Assembly (NCBI GenBank): GCA_018262815.1
Contig: JADFDN010000001.1
Coordinates: 1 to 55,005, forward strand
Origin: Thiobacillus sp.
Lineage (GTDB): Bacteria > Pseudomonadota > Gammaproteobacteria > Burkholderiales > Thiobacillaceae
Length of the DNA: 55,005 bases
Direction: 5' to 3'
The translations under genes and the position numbers were made by a program. The notes under the pieces were generated by a model. The model did not search any database. It was not told where the DNA came from and worked only from the letters and a program-made list of their open reading frames with translations. Below, piece by piece: positions 1 to 9,737 of the stretch (within the stretch, counting starts at the first letter, position 1; each line of letters starts with the position of its first letter).

Positions 1-162
1 GGTCAGGATCAATCCGGCCGATGCGCGCTGGCGATAGTATTCGGCGATCAGCGGCGTCGGCACGTTGCCGGCCCCGGCCCGGTTGCGCGTCAGGGATGAC
101 ATCACCACGCGGTTGGCCAGATCGATGGCGCCAAAGCGGGCTGGGGAGAAAAGGTCAGTCAT
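1..162 (-). CDS. nemA: Old Yellow Enzyme family alkene reductase (NemA-like), N-terminal fragment; continues beyond window start
   Basis: Manual translation from ATG at 162 gives [54 protein letters not shown], with the OYE motifs NRxVMxxLTR and [12 protein letters not shown]. Not in the ORF track because it is truncated. Confidence 0.85.
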   Translation of the reverse strand, partial: MTDLFSPARFGAIDLANRVVMSSLTRNRAGAGNVPTPLIAEYYRQRASAGLILT

Positions 163-363
163 GCGGGTTTCTTTCGGTTGAACTCTGCGGGGAGGGTGTT
201 CTGGTGCTGTGATGAGGCCCGGTTCGGGGCCACAAGTTCCGGTACCTCCCGATCCAGCCCTGCTTCCATCAATCTACGCCAACAGCGGGATTTACTTGCG
301 GTCCCGAATCTGGCGACAATTCTGCATCCGCTTAATACAAGCCCTCGGCCAAGGAATTGATAG

Positions 364-957
364 ATGATCGAAAATCAGGAACGGTTCAGTCGGACGTTGG
401 CGCTATTCGATGCCGCCAACGCGGAAGACCCCAATCTCGACGAAGGCCAGCCGAAGGAACTGCTGTACGGCCGGCGCATGTCGGACATGATCGGCCGCTT
501 TGCTCCCGACGCCTCCGAAGCCGCGCAACTGGCGGTGCGCGCCCAGCATATCCAGCGCTGGAAGGTGCCGCGCAGCCAGTATCCGATGACCAGGGAAGGC
601 TATCACGCCTGGCGCACCGGGCTTTACGCGTTTCACGCGGACACTGCGGGTGAGCTGATGCGCCAGGCCGGCTATGACGACGCGATGATCGAACGCGTGA
701 AGAAAGCGGTGGGCAAGCGCGGCATCAAGAGCAATCCGGAAACGCAGCTGCTGGAGGACATCGCCGGCCTGGTCTTCATCGAGCACTACATGCTGGCCTT
801 CGCCCAGAGCAAACCCGACTACGACGAGGAAAAGTGGCTGGAAATCATCCGCAAGACATGGAAGAAAATGTCGAAGAACGCCCAGGCCTTCGCCCTCTCC
901 GGCAAGCTCGAGCTGCCGGAGCCCCTGGTTCCGCTGATCACCAAGGCGATCAGTTAA
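364..957 (+). CDS. DUF4202 family protein
   Basis: 197 aa with motifs DAANAEDP, ELLY, AQHIQRW..PR..YP..REGY..WR and QLLED...LVF. Confidence 0.8.
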   Translation: MIENQERFSRTLALFDAANAEDPNLDEGQPKELLYGRRMSDMIGRFAPDASEAAQLAVRAQHIQRWKVPRSQYPMTREGYHAWRTGLYAFHADTAGELMRQAGYDDAMIERVKKAVGKRGIKSNPETQLLEDIAGLVFIEHYMLAFAQSKPDYDEEKWLEIIRKTWKKMSKNAQAFALSGKLELPEPLVPLITKAIS

Positions 958-982
958 GAGGCCAGGCGCGGGCGGAGGATCT

Positions 983-1396
983 TTACTCCGCCCATTCCTT
1001 CACCCAGCCCGCCGTTCCCTTCTGGATGAACTCGATCGGATAGCCGTCCGGGTCCTCGATGAAGGCAATCACCGTCGTGCCGTGCGACATCGGCCCGGCC
1101 GGAAGCAGCACCTTGCCTCCTTTCGCCGCGGCCGCGTCGCACGCGGCATAGGCGTCGTCGACCTCGATGGCGATGTGGCCGTAGCCGCTGCCGACCTCGT
1201 ACTTGTCCACGCCCCAGTTGTAGGTCAGCTCGAGCGCCGCCGCACGGTCTTCGGTGTCGTACCCGACGAAGGCGAGGGTGAATTTGCCGCCCGGGTAATC
1301 CTTGCGGCGCAGCAGCTTCATGCCGAGAACGTTGGTGTAGAAATCGATCGAACGATCGAGATCGCCGACGCGCAGCATGGTGTGAAGAATTCGCAT
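983..1396 (-). CDS. gloA: Lactoylglutathione lyase (glyoxalase I)
   Basis: [38 protein letters not shown]. Start moved to the ATG at 1396, which has GAGG upstream. Confidence 0.93.
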   Translation of the reverse strand: MRILHTMLRVGDLDRSIDFYTNVLGMKLLRRKDYPGGKFTLAFVGYDTEDRAAALELTYNWGVDKYEVGSGYGHIAIEVDDAYAACDAAAAKGGKVLLPAGPMSHGTTVIAFIEDPDGYPIEFIQKGTAGWVKEWAE

Positions 1397-1415
1397 GGCA
1401 ATGACCTCAAAACAA

Positions 1416-1531
1416 TTTATCCGGGAAGCACGCGAAGCAAGTGGCACTTCCTTGATACTCGCTGCAGCGGCCGCGGGAAATCGGCTCTCGTCAGCACTGA
1501 ATCGACTTTCTTCGCGTACTTTGCGGATGAA
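1416..1531. repeat. Imperfect 29-bp inverted repeat pair around a 58-bp spacer
   Basis: 1416-1444 and 1503-1531 are complementary at 23 of 29 positions. Confidence 0.55.
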
Positions 1532-1545
1532 ACGCTCTTAAAGAT

Positions 1546-2253
1546 TCAAACCTGAAACAGCACGGTGCTCATTGTGCGCAACTCGGCCCGTCTTGCCAAC
1601 GCATCGGGGCACAGGGCGACGACCTGCGCCCAGAAGCGCGGCGAATGGTCGAGGTGGACGAGGTGGGCGAGTTCGTGAGCGGCGACGTAGTCGATCAGCG
1701 TAAGTGGCGCCTGCACCAGCCGCCAGTTGAGGCGGACGTGGCCAAGGCGGGTGCAGCTGCCCCATTGCGTCTGCGCGTCGGACAGGGCGAAGCGGCTGGG
1801 CGCACGCCCCAGCTTGCGGGCGATGCGGGCGATCCGCCAGGCCAGCAGACGGCTTGCCTGCGCACTCAACCACTGGCGCACGAGAGTGCCGACATCGGCA
1901 TCCAGCGGGGCATGCACGCGCAGGGTATCGCCGTGGCGCTGGATGTCGACGAACAGAGACGCCCGAATATCGAGCGCGAGCATGCGTCCGAGATACCGCA
2001 CCTCACGCGCCGGCGCGGAATCCACGCCCGGAACGCATACCCGCATGCGGGCCCAGGCGCGGCGCAGCCAGTCGCGCTGCTGCATCACATAGCCTTCGAT
2101 TTCTGCGCGCGGCGTCCAGCTCGGCGCATGAATGCGTACTTCGCACGACGTGACCGTCAGGCCCAGCGTCCGGCGACGGCCCGAGCGGCGCAGCTGATAG
2201 GGTACGGCGGCGTCGCCGAGTTGCAGGACGCCGCTATTGGTGTGCGGGAGCAG
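1546..2253 (-). CDS. M48/YgjP (DUF45, SprT-like) zinc metallopeptidase; start uncertain
   Basis: RRRTLGL, WGSC, RLNWRL, DYVAAHELAHL and HSPRFW motifs. The ORF-track start overlaps plsC; the candidate start is a CTG at 2253 downstream of GAGG. Confidence 0.8.
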   Translation of the reverse strand: MLPHTNSGVLQLGDAAVPYQLRRSGRRRTLGLTVTSCEVRIHAPSWTPRAEIEGYVMQQRDWLRRAWARMRVCVPGVDSAPAREVRYLGRMLALDIRASLFVDIQRHGDTLRVHAPLDADVGTLVRQWLSAQASRLLAWRIARIARKLGRAPSRFALSDAQTQWGSCTRLGHVRLNWRLVQAPLTLIDYVAAHELAHLVHLDHSPRFWAQVVALCPDALARRAELRTMSTVLFQV

Positions 2254-2956
2254 GGGGCAACCTCGCCATTTCTGTTTCGATCCAGGCCTCCACGGCCCGG
2301 GTGAGCTCGGCCGCGGTTTTGCCCTCGGTCGGGATCGCCGGGCCGATGCGCACGGTGATGGTGCCGGGCCGCTTGATGAAAGCGTTCTTCGGCCACACTT
2401 CACCGGCGTTGTGCGCCACCGGCACGATGGGCGCGCCGCTTTCCGCAGCCAGCCAGGCGCCGCCGATGCCGTAGCGGCCCTTTTCGCCGGGCGCCACGCG
2501 CGTGCCTTCGGGGAACACCAGCACCCAGAATCCCTGGGCGAGCTTGTCCTTGCCCTGCCTGACGATCTGCTTCAACGCCTCGCGCCCCGCACTGCGGTCG
2601 ATGGCAATCGGCGAAAGCATGCGGAAGGCCCAGCCGAAGAACGGCACGTTCAGCAGTTCCTGCTTGATCACCGGCGAGACGGGCGGGAACAGGAACAGGA
2701 AGGCCACGGTCTCCCATGCCGATTGATGCTTGGCGAGGACGATGGCAGGCTGCGTCGGCAGGTGCTCGCGCCCTTCCACCACATAGCGGATGCCGAGCAC
2801 CCAGCGTGCCAGCCAGATCACGGTATGGTTGTAGCCGGTGATCAGCCGGTAGCGCGTGTGCGCCGAAAACGGGAAGCTGAAGAACGCGATCAGGCTGAAG
2901 AAGACTGTCAGCGCGGTCTGCATGACCGCAAAAAGCAGCGAGCGGACCAGGTTCAT
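2234..2956 (-). CDS. plsC: 1-acyl-sn-glycerol-3-phosphate acyltransferase
   Basis: KHQSAWET and FPEGTR motifs; gmhB-plsC gene order. Confidence 0.9.
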   Translation of the reverse strand: MNLVRSLLFAVMQTALTVFFSLIAFFSFPFSAHTRYRLITGYNHTVIWLARWVLGIRYVVEGREHLPTQPAIVLAKHQSAWETVAFLFLFPPVSPVIKQELLNVPFFGWAFRMLSPIAIDRSAGREALKQIVRQGKDKLAQGFWVLVFPEGTRVAPGEKGRYGIGGAWLAAESGAPIVPVAHNAGEVWPKNAFIKRPGTITVRIGPAIPTEGKTAAELTRAVEAWIETEMARLPPAPAHQ

Positions 2957-3495
2957 GCTGCCGCCGACAACAGGTATTCGACGGCCTCGCTCAGATCGGC
3001 GAACACCGGGGTGTTCTCCGGCAATCCGCCTGCCACCAGGGTTTTCTCGCCCTTGCCGGTTTTGACCAGTAACGGTCTCGCTCCCACACTGGCGGCTGCC
3101 AGCAGGTCGCGCAGCGAATCGCCGACGGCAGGCACGTCCTGCAGATCGCGTCCATAGCGCGCGGCAATCTCGTCGAACAGCCCCGGCTTGGGCTTGCGGC
3201 AGCCGCAGTCCATGTCAGCCGAATGGGGGCAATAAAACACCGCCTCGATGCGCCCCCCTGCCTGCGCGACCGCCTTGTGCATCTTGGCGTGGATGGCATT
3301 CAGCGTCGCCATTTCGAACAGCCCGCGCGCCAGCCCGGATTGATTGGTGGCCACCACCACGCGCCAGCCCTCGCGCGTCAGCCGCGCGATCGCTTCCAGG
3401 CTGCCGGGAATGGGTTTCCATTCCTCCGGAGACTTGATGAACTGGGCGGAGCCGAAATTGATGACGCCGTCGCGGTCGAGAATGATGAGCTTCAT
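2953..3495 (-). CDS. gmhB: D-glycero-beta-D-manno-heptose 1,7-bisphosphate 7-phosphatase
   Basis: HAD motif LDRDGVIN, TNQSG, CPH..C.CRKP, VGDS.RD. Confidence 0.93.
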   Translation of the reverse strand: MKLIILDRDGVINFGSAQFIKSPEEWKPIPGSLEAIARLTREGWRVVVATNQSGLARGLFEMATLNAIHAKMHKAVAQAGGRIEAVFYCPHSADMDCGCRKPKPGLFDEIAARYGRDLQDVPAVGDSLRDLLAAASVGARPLLVKTGKGEKTLVAGGLPENTPVFADLSEAVEYLLSAAA

Positions 3496-3505
3496 GAATG
3501 AAAGT

Positions 3506-5611
3506 TTACGCCGCCAGTCGCGACAAGTCCGCTACCCGGTTCATGGTCCGGTGCAGCTGGTTTAGCAGCGCCAGGCGGTTGGCCTTCAGCGCGGGATCGT
3601 CGGCGTTGACCATGACGGTGTCGAAGAAGGCGTCGACCGGGGCCTTCAACGCAGCGAGCTTCTGCAGCGACCCTGTGTAGTCGCCGGCCTCGAAGGCGGC
3701 GTCGGCGGCGGGTGCGATTTCGGCGAGCGCATTGAACAGGGCTTTTTCGGCCGCTTCGACGAGGCGGTCCGGGGCGACGACAGTACCCACTTCGCCTTCG
3801 GCCTTCTTCAGGATATTCCCGACGCGCTTGTTGGCTGCGGCCAGGCTCTCGGATTCCGACAGTGCCGCAAACGCGCGCACCGCATTGAGTTGCCGGGGAA
3901 CCAGCATGATCTGCACGGGCCGCATGGAAATCACCGCATCCACCTCGTTCGCGGTGTAACCCTGCTCGCGCATCATGCCGCTCAGGCGGTCGAACACGAA
4001 GGTCTCCGCGTCGGCATGCGCCTCACTCAGCATCCCTTGGGGGAAAGCCGCAAACGCGACATTGATCAGTTCGAACAGACTCAGCGGCAATGACTTGTCG
4101 ATGAGGATACGCAGGATGCCGAGCGCATGCCGGCGCAGCGCGAACGGGTCTTTGTCACCGGTCGGGATCTGCCCGATGCCGAACAGCCCCGCCAGTGTCT
4201 CCAGCTTGTCCGCCAGCGCCACACACACACCGACCGCATTGCGCGGCAGTTCATCGCCTGCGAAGCGCGGTTTGTAATGATCCTCGATGGCAAACGCGAT
4301 GTCGTCGGCCAGCCCATCGTGCTGCGCGTAGTAGCGCCCCATGATGCCCTGCAGTTCGGGGAACTCGCCCACCATGTCGGTCAGCAGGTCGGCCTTGGCG
4401 AGCAGAGCGGCCTGGTCGGCCTGCAAGGCCAATGCCTCGCCGCCCAGCTTTTCACCGATGGCGCGCGCGACCGCCTGCACCCGCGTTACGCGCTCGCCCT
4501 GGGTGCCGAGCTTGTTGTGGTACACCACCTTGGCCAGGCCCAGCACGCGCGAATCCAGCGCCTTCTTGCGATCCTGGTCGAAGAAGAACTTGGCATCCGC
4601 CAGACGCGGACGCACGACGCGCTCGTTGCCGCCGATCACCGCCGCCGTATCGTCGGGCGAAATGTTGGACACGATCAGGAAGCGGTTGGTCAGCTTGCCC
4701 GCCACATCCAGCAGCGGGAAATATTTCTGGTTCGCCTTCATTGTGAGAATCAGGCATTCCTGCGGCACTTCCAGGAAGGCTTCCTCAAACTTGCCGAGCA
4801 GCACATTGGGGCGCTCGACCAGCGCGGTGACTTCGTCCAGCAGCGCGTCGTCCTCGATCGGCTTCAGGCCCAGCGGCTCAGCGGCGGCTTGCAACTGACG
4901 CACGATCTCGGCGCGGCGCTCGGCGAAGCTGGCGATCACGGCGCCTTCGCTCTCCATCTGCAGGGCATAGCAGTCCGCGTTGGTGAGCATGACCGGGCTC
5001 ACCCGCGCTTCGAAACGGTGCCCCTGCGTCATCCGGCCGGCCTCAAGGCCGAGCACCGAGATCGGCACGACGTCGGCGCCGTGCAGCGCAACCAGGCCAT
5101 GCACCGGGCGCACAAAGTTGACGCTGCTCCAGCCGTCTTCCAATTGGTAGGCCATCACCTTCGGGATCGGCAGCTTGGCCATCGCCGCTTCGAGAGCGCG
5201 CTGCAGGCCGTCGGCCAGCGTCGTGCCCGGGGCGATGCTGTCGTGGAACAGCGCCTCGTTCTTGCCTTCGCCCTCGCGCCGCAGCTTTTCCACCGCAGAC
5301 TCATCCGCGCCCAGCGCGGCCAGGCGCTTCAAGAGCGCTGGCGTGGCCTTGCCGTTTGCGTCCAGGGCAACGCTCACCGGCATCAGCTTGGTCGACACCG
5401 CCTTGTCGGCGGCACACGCGAATACCCCCGCGACATGCGCCCCAAGGCGGCGTGGCGAGGCAAAATGGGTGACGGCAGAAGTCGCGTCGGTCAGCCCTTG
5501 TGCAATCAGGCTCTCGGCCAACGCCGCAGCAAAGGTTTCGCCCAGTTTCTTCAGCGCCTTGGGCGGCAGTTCTTCGACGAACAATTCAACCAGCAAATTC
5601 TGAGCGCTCAT
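3506..5611 (-). CDS. glyS: Glycine--tRNA ligase beta subunit
   Basis: [40 protein letters not shown]. Confidence 0.96.
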   Translation of the reverse strand: MSAQNLLVELFVEELPPKALKKLGETFAAALAESLIAQGLTDATSAVTHFASPRRLGAHVAGVFACAADKAVSTKLMPVSVALDANGKATPALLKRLAALGADESAVEKLRREGEGKNEALFHDSIAPGTTLADGLQRALEAAMAKLPIPKVMAYQLEDGWSSVNFVRPVHGLVALHGADVVPISVLGLEAGRMTQGHRFEARVSPVMLTNADCYALQMESEGAVIASFAERRAEIVRQLQAAAEPLGLKPIEDDALLDEVTALVERPNVLLGKFEEAFLEVPQECLILTMKANQKYFPLLDVAGKLTNRFLIVSNISPDDTAAVIGGNERVVRPRLADAKFFFDQDRKKALDSRVLGLAKVVYHNKLGTQGERVTRVQAVARAIGEKLGGEALALQADQAALLAKADLLTDMVGEFPELQGIMGRYYAQHDGLADDIAFAIEDHYKPRFAGDELPRNAVGVCVALADKLETLAGLFGIGQIPTGDKDPFALRRHALGILRILIDKSLPLSLFELINVAFAAFPQGMLSEAHADAETFVFDRLSGMMREQGYTANEVDAVISMRPVQIMLVPRQLNAVRAFAALSESESLAAANKRVGNILKKAEGEVGTVVAPDRLVEAAEKALFNALAEIAPAADAAFEAGDYTGSLQKLAALKAPVDAFFDTVMVNADDPALKANRLALLNQLHRTMNRVADLSRLAA

Positions 5612-6543
5612 GCTGCCGCCTTCTTTTCAGTCTGTTTTTCGATTTGCGCCAACACTTCGTTCGCCCACTCCCTGGGCGCCATCGGGAAGCCCAGCCGCGC
5701 GCGGCTGTCGAGATAGCTCTTCGCCACCGCCCGCGCCAGGTTGCGGATGCGGCCGATGTAGGCGGCGCGCTCGGTCACCGAAATCGCACCGCGCGCATCG
5801 AGCAGGTTGAAGGTGTGCGCGGCTTTCAATACCTGTTCATACGCCGGCAGCGCGAGCTGTGCGACCATCAGTTCCTGTGCTTTCTTCTCGTGCGCGGCAA
5901 AGGCGGTGAGCAGGAAGTCGACGTCGCTGTGCTCGAAGTTGTAGGTCGACTGCTCGACCTCGTTCTGGTGATAGACGTCGCGGTAGGTCAGGCCCTCGGT
6001 CCAGACGAGGTCGTACACGCTTTCCACGCCCTGCAGGTACATGGCGAGGCGCTCCAGGCCGTAGGTGATTTCGCCGGTGATCGGCTTCACGTCGATGCCG
6101 CCCACCTGCTGGAAGTAGGTGAACTGGGTGACTTCCATGCCGTTCAGCCACACCTCCCAGCCCAGCCCCCAGGCGCCGAGCGTGGGGTTTTCCCAGTCGT
6201 CTTCCACAAAGCGCACGTCGTTTTTCTTGAGATCGAAGCCGAGCGCTTCGAGCGAGCCGAGATAGAGTTCCAGAATGTCCGCCGGCGCGGGCTTGAGCAC
6301 CACCTGGAACTGGTAGTAATGCTGCAGCCGGTTGGGGTTGTCGCCGTAGCGGCCATCCTTGGGACGGCGTGAGGGTTGCACGTAGGCGGCCTTCCACGGT
6401 TCGGGGCCGAGCGCGCGCAGGAAAGTCGCAGTGTGAGAAGTGCCGGCACCGACTTCCATGTCGTAGGGCTGCAGCAGCGCGCAGCCGCGCTCGCCCCAGT
6501 AGCGCTGCAGGGTGAGGATGATGTCCTGAAAGGTGGGTTTCAC
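5608..6543 (-). CDS. glyQ: Glycine--tRNA ligase alpha subunit
   Basis: [37 protein letters not shown]; GTG start. Confidence 0.97.
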   Translation of the reverse strand: MKPTFQDIILTLQRYWGERGCALLQPYDMEVGAGTSHTATFLRALGPEPWKAAYVQPSRRPKDGRYGDNPNRLQHYYQFQVVLKPAPADILELYLGSLEALGFDLKKNDVRFVEDDWENPTLGAWGLGWEVWLNGMEVTQFTYFQQVGGIDVKPITGEITYGLERLAMYLQGVESVYDLVWTEGLTYRDVYHQNEVEQSTYNFEHSDVDFLLTAFAAHEKKAQELMVAQLALPAYEQVLKAAHTFNLLDARGAISVTERAAYIGRIRNLARAVAKSYLDSRARLGFPMAPREWANEVLAQIEKQTEKKAAA

Positions 6544-6639
6544 GGCGGGTTTGCGACTTTTCGGGAAAGGCGCATTTTAACGTGGTTGGTGGGGGTTTCG
6601 TTGCGAGTTGATAGCAGCTGCCTCTGATGGGCGACCGAC

Positions 6640-6890
6640 CGTTGGCCGGGGGTAGCCCGGCAGCTAGTCACTTTCTTTGTCGTCGCCAAAGAAAGTAACC
6701 AAAGAAAGGCGCCCCCGACAGTCCCGAATTCCCGAAGATCAAGCGCGCCGGTTGGGCGGCAAAGAACTCGCCCCGCCTTTGATGTTTTTAATTGGATTTT
6801 TTGTGGGCAGGGCTCAGACACCTTTGCCGCTGATCCACCCGACGCACTTGATCTTCGGCGGCTCTGTAAGGGGAAGAACGTCAAAACCAG
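6640..6890. repeat. ~250-nt structured repeat element, copy A (MITE-like or ncRNA-like)
   Basis: Homologous to the reverse complement of 6993-7238; nested stems plus a TTTCTTT/AAAGAAA/AAAGAAA triplex-type motif. Confidence 0.85.
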
Positions 6891-6992
6891 GGCGGTGATG
6901 ACGGGACGGCTGATGTACTTGAGTGAGGGCACCAGAGGGGAGCCTCAGTGCGAAGCCGCTAATCTGGTTCGCGACGACTGCTCATCGTCAGA

Positions 6993-7238
6993 CTGGTTTT
7001 GATTTTGCACCCCTCTCAGTCCCGCCGGAAATCGAGCCTGCCGGGCGGATCAGCGGCAAAGGTGTCTGAGCCCCGCTCACCTTCGAAAACCAAATAAAGC
7101 GGGGCGAGTTCTTTGCCGCCCGTCCGGCAGGCTCGATTTCCGGGGTTGCGGGGATGAGCGGGGTCGCCTTTTCTTTGGTTACTTTCTTTTGGCGAGACAA
7201 AAGAAAGTGACTAGCCGCCGGGCTACCCCCGGCCAACG
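6993..7238. repeat. ~246-nt structured repeat element, copy B, inverted relative to copy A
   Basis: Shares termini (cgttggccgggggtagcccggc ... tcaaaaccag) and internal motifs with copy A; stems show compensatory changes. Confidence 0.85.
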
Positions 7239-7295
7239 CTCCTCAGCGCACTGAAGGTTCAACCATACAAGGTGCTTCGCGCCAATCCACCGACC

Positions 7296-7324
7296 GGATT
7301 GCCTCGCCGCACGCGCAACGACGG
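7296..7324 (-). repeat. Degenerate CGTC-tagged REP-like palindrome
   Basis: Minus strand reads ccgtcgttgcgcgtgcggcgaggcaatcc, resembling CGTCATTGCGAG...GCAATC repeats. Confidence 0.4.
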
Positions 7325-7346
7325 GGCATGTGTAGCATGGCTGGTC

Positions 7347-9311
7347 TTAAGCCCCCGCCGCTTCCAGCGCCTCTATCTCCCCCGACAACTCCAGCCACTC
7401 CCCCTCTTCAATCGCCAATTCGTCAATGACGTGCTGAAGCTGCTTGCTCGTTTCGGTAATCTCCTCGACAGAAAGCGTTCCACCCAAACGCGCTTCGAAC
7501 GCCGCCTTTTCCGCCTGCAGCGCAGCCATGCTTTTGTCGAGCTTCTCCAGTTTCTGCTTCAAGGCCTTGATCCTGCCCGATGACACCGGCTTCTTCGCCG
7601 CCACCGGCGCAGGTTCCGCCTTGACCACCGGCGCATTAGCCACCTTGCCTGCTTCCTTCAGGCTTTCGCGCAGCCGCTTGCCCTCCTCCAGCAAATAACG
7701 CTGGTAGTCGTCGAGGTCGCCGTCGAACGGTTCCACCCCGCCGCGCGTGACCAGCCAGAACTCGTCGCACACCGAGCGCAGCAGGGCGCGGTCGTGGCTG
7801 ACCAGCATCAAGCTACCTTCGAATTCGTTCAAGGCCATCGCCAGCGCTTCGCGGGTGGCCAGGTCGAGATGGTTGGTCGGTTCGTCCAGCAGCAGCAGGT
7901 TGGGGCGCTGCCATACGATCATGCACAGCACCAGTCGCGCCTTTTCGCCACCGCTCATGGTGCCGACAGCTTGCTTGACCATGTCGCCGCTGAAGTTGAA
8001 GGTGCCGAGGAAGTTGCGCAGGTCCTGCTCGCGACTGCTGAACTGGCCGGCGCCGCCATTCGCAATCGTGTCGCGCGCGAGCCGGATCATGTGTTCCAGC
8101 GGGGTGTCGGCGGGGCGCAGCACGTCGAGTTCCTGCTGGGCGAAGTAGCCGATGTTCAGACCCTTGCCCTCGGTCACGGCCCCGGCAACGACCGCAAGGT
8201 CGCGCGCGATGGTCTTCACCAGCGTCGACTTGCCCTGGCCGTTGGCGCCGAGGATGCCGATGCGCTGCCCGGCGAAGACCGACTTGCTGACGTGCTGCAC
8301 GATCACCGTCGGCGGGGTGGCGGTCGGGGCTTCGGCCGGCGGCGGGTAGCCGAAGCTGGCGTCGTCGATGGTCAGCATGGGGTTGGGCAGATTGAGCGGC
8401 TCCTTGAATTCGAAGGTGAAATCCGCGCTCGCCAGCATCGGCGCCAGCTTCTCCATGCGGTCGAGCGCCTTGACCCGGCTTTGCGCCTGCTTGGCCTTGC
8501 TGGCCTTGGCCTTGAAGCGGTTGATGAAGGCCTGCAGGTGGGCGATCTTGTCCTGTTGCTTGGCGAACGCCGCCTGCTGCAGCGCCATCTGCTCGGCGCG
8601 CATGTCCTCGAAGGTGCTGTAGTTGCCGCCGTAGCGGGTGAGCTGGCCGTTTTCGATATGGATGGTGACGTTGGTCACCGCATCGAGAAATTCGCGGTCG
8701 TGGCTGATCACCAGCATGGTGCCGGGGTATTTCTTCAGCCAGGCTTCCAGCCACACCAGCGCATCCAGATCCAGGTGGTTGGTCGGTTCGTCGAGCAGCA
8801 AGAGGTCGGACGGGCACATCAGCGCACGGGCCAATTGGAGTCTCATGCGCCAGCCGCCGGAAAAGCTGTTGACCGGCTGATTGAGCTCACGCACCTGGAA
8901 GCCGAGGCCGAGGATCAGCGCCTGGGCGCGCGACTGCGCGTCGTGGGCGCCGGCGTCGTGCAGCGCCATGTAGGCGTGCGCCATGCGTTCGCCGTCGTCG
9001 CTGGCCTCGGCGGCATCGACTTCGGCCTGCGCTTCGGCCAATTGGGTGTCACCGGCGATGACGAAGTCGGTGGCGGACGCATCCGTCTCGGGCATGTCCT
9101 GCGCCACCTGCGCCATGCGCCACTGCGACGGCATCGAAAAATCGCCGCGGTCTTCGTGCAGGGTGCCGTTCAGGAGCGCAAACAGGCTGGACTTGCCGGC
9201 GCCGTTGCGGCCGACGAGGCCGACCTTTTCACCGGGGTTGATCGACACCGAGGCGTTGTCGAGCAGGACCTTGGCGCTGCGCCGAAGGCTGAGATTCTTG
9301 AGGATGATCAT
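7347..9311 (-). CDS. yheS: ABC-F family ATPase (YheS-like)
   Basis: Two Walker A motifs (GRNGAGKS, GANGQGKS), SGGW/SGGE signatures, two LLLLDEPTNHLD, no TM segments, C-terminal coiled coil. Confidence 0.88.
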   Translation of the reverse strand: MIILKNLSLRRSAKVLLDNASVSINPGEKVGLVGRNGAGKSSLFALLNGTLHEDRGDFSMPSQWRMAQVAQDMPETDASATDFVIAGDTQLAEAQAEVDAAEASDDGERMAHAYMALHDAGAHDAQSRAQALILGLGFQVRELNQPVNSFSGGWRMRLQLARALMCPSDLLLLDEPTNHLDLDALVWLEAWLKKYPGTMLVISHDREFLDAVTNVTIHIENGQLTRYGGNYSTFEDMRAEQMALQQAAFAKQQDKIAHLQAFINRFKAKASKAKQAQSRVKALDRMEKLAPMLASADFTFEFKEPLNLPNPMLTIDDASFGYPPPAEAPTATPPTVIVQHVSKSVFAGQRIGILGANGQGKSTLVKTIARDLAVVAGAVTEGKGLNIGYFAQQELDVLRPADTPLEHMIRLARDTIANGGAGQFSSREQDLRNFLGTFNFSGDMVKQAVGTMSGGEKARLVLCMIVWQRPNLLLLDEPTNHLDLATREALAMALNEFEGSLMLVSHDRALLRSVCDEFWLVTRGGVEPFDGDLDDYQRYLLEEGKRLRESLKEAGKVANAPVVKAEPAPVAAKKPVSSGRIKALKQKLEKLDKSMAALQAEKAAFEARLGGTLSVEEITETSKQLQHVIDELAIEEGEWLELSGEIEALEAAGA

Positions 9312-9423
9312 GCAGGAGTTGCGGCGCGCAGAACGCGCACCGCTTGAATCGAAAGCCGGATTCTACCCTGTCGCAGCCGCCCGTCCCTTACGGCTGCCGA
9401 CTGTTTGCCGCTTCGACACGGGA

Positions 9424-9439
9424 TGACGGTTTTCCGTCA
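9424..9439. promoter_or_regulatory. Palindrome, candidate enhancer (bEBP binding site)
   Basis: TGACGG-TTTT-CCGTCA about 100 bp upstream of the sigma-54 -24 element. Confidence 0.5.
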
Positions 9440-9534
9440 AACCGATTGTGTCCCCGCTCCGTTCGCTCCGGTAAGGAATTTCCACAAGCTTGTTTTATTG
9501 GAAGTTTTTTGCACCAACCCGACAGCGGCCGGGG

Positions 9535-9550
9535 TGGCACAGGCGTTGCA
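9535..9550 (+). promoter_or_regulatory. Sigma-54 (RpoN) -24/-12 promoter
   Basis: TGGCAC-AGGCG-TTGCA is an exact match to TGGCAC-N5-TTGCW, ending 34 bp before an ATG preceded by CAGGAG. Confidence 0.8.
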
Positions 9551-9584
9551 AGTAATCAGGCAAGCCCCCTCCCAGGAGATCATC

Positions 9585-9737
9585 ATGAAACTGCAACTCG
9601 GCCAAAACCAACTGGTTCTCGAACTCAGCTCGTCCCCCTTTGCCTGGTTCCACGGCCAGACCGAACGCATGAGCCTGACCAGCCTGTCGCTGATGTTCGT
9701 GCAGTTCTCCCTGTTCGCCCGCCAGCCTGCTGCCTGA
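9585..9737 (+). CDS. 50-aa microprotein, paralogue 1, unknown function
   Basis: RBS CAGGAG; MKLQLGQNQLVLELSSSPFAWFHGQTERMSLTSLSLMFVQFSLFARQPAA; homologous to the next ORF. Confidence 0.75.
   Translation: MKLQLGQNQLVLELSSSPFAWFHGQTERMSLTSLSLMFVQFSLFARQPAA

Noticed and set aside
6540-7236. Short ORFs with KKVT(KE) motifs (6540-6932, 6677-6898, 6988-7236)
   Set aside because: They are translations of the structured repeat; indels between copies break the frames, and the conserved property is base pairing
6640-7238. CRISPR array or autonomous IS
   Set aside because: Only two long inverted copies, with no repeat-spacer periodicity, cas gene or transposase
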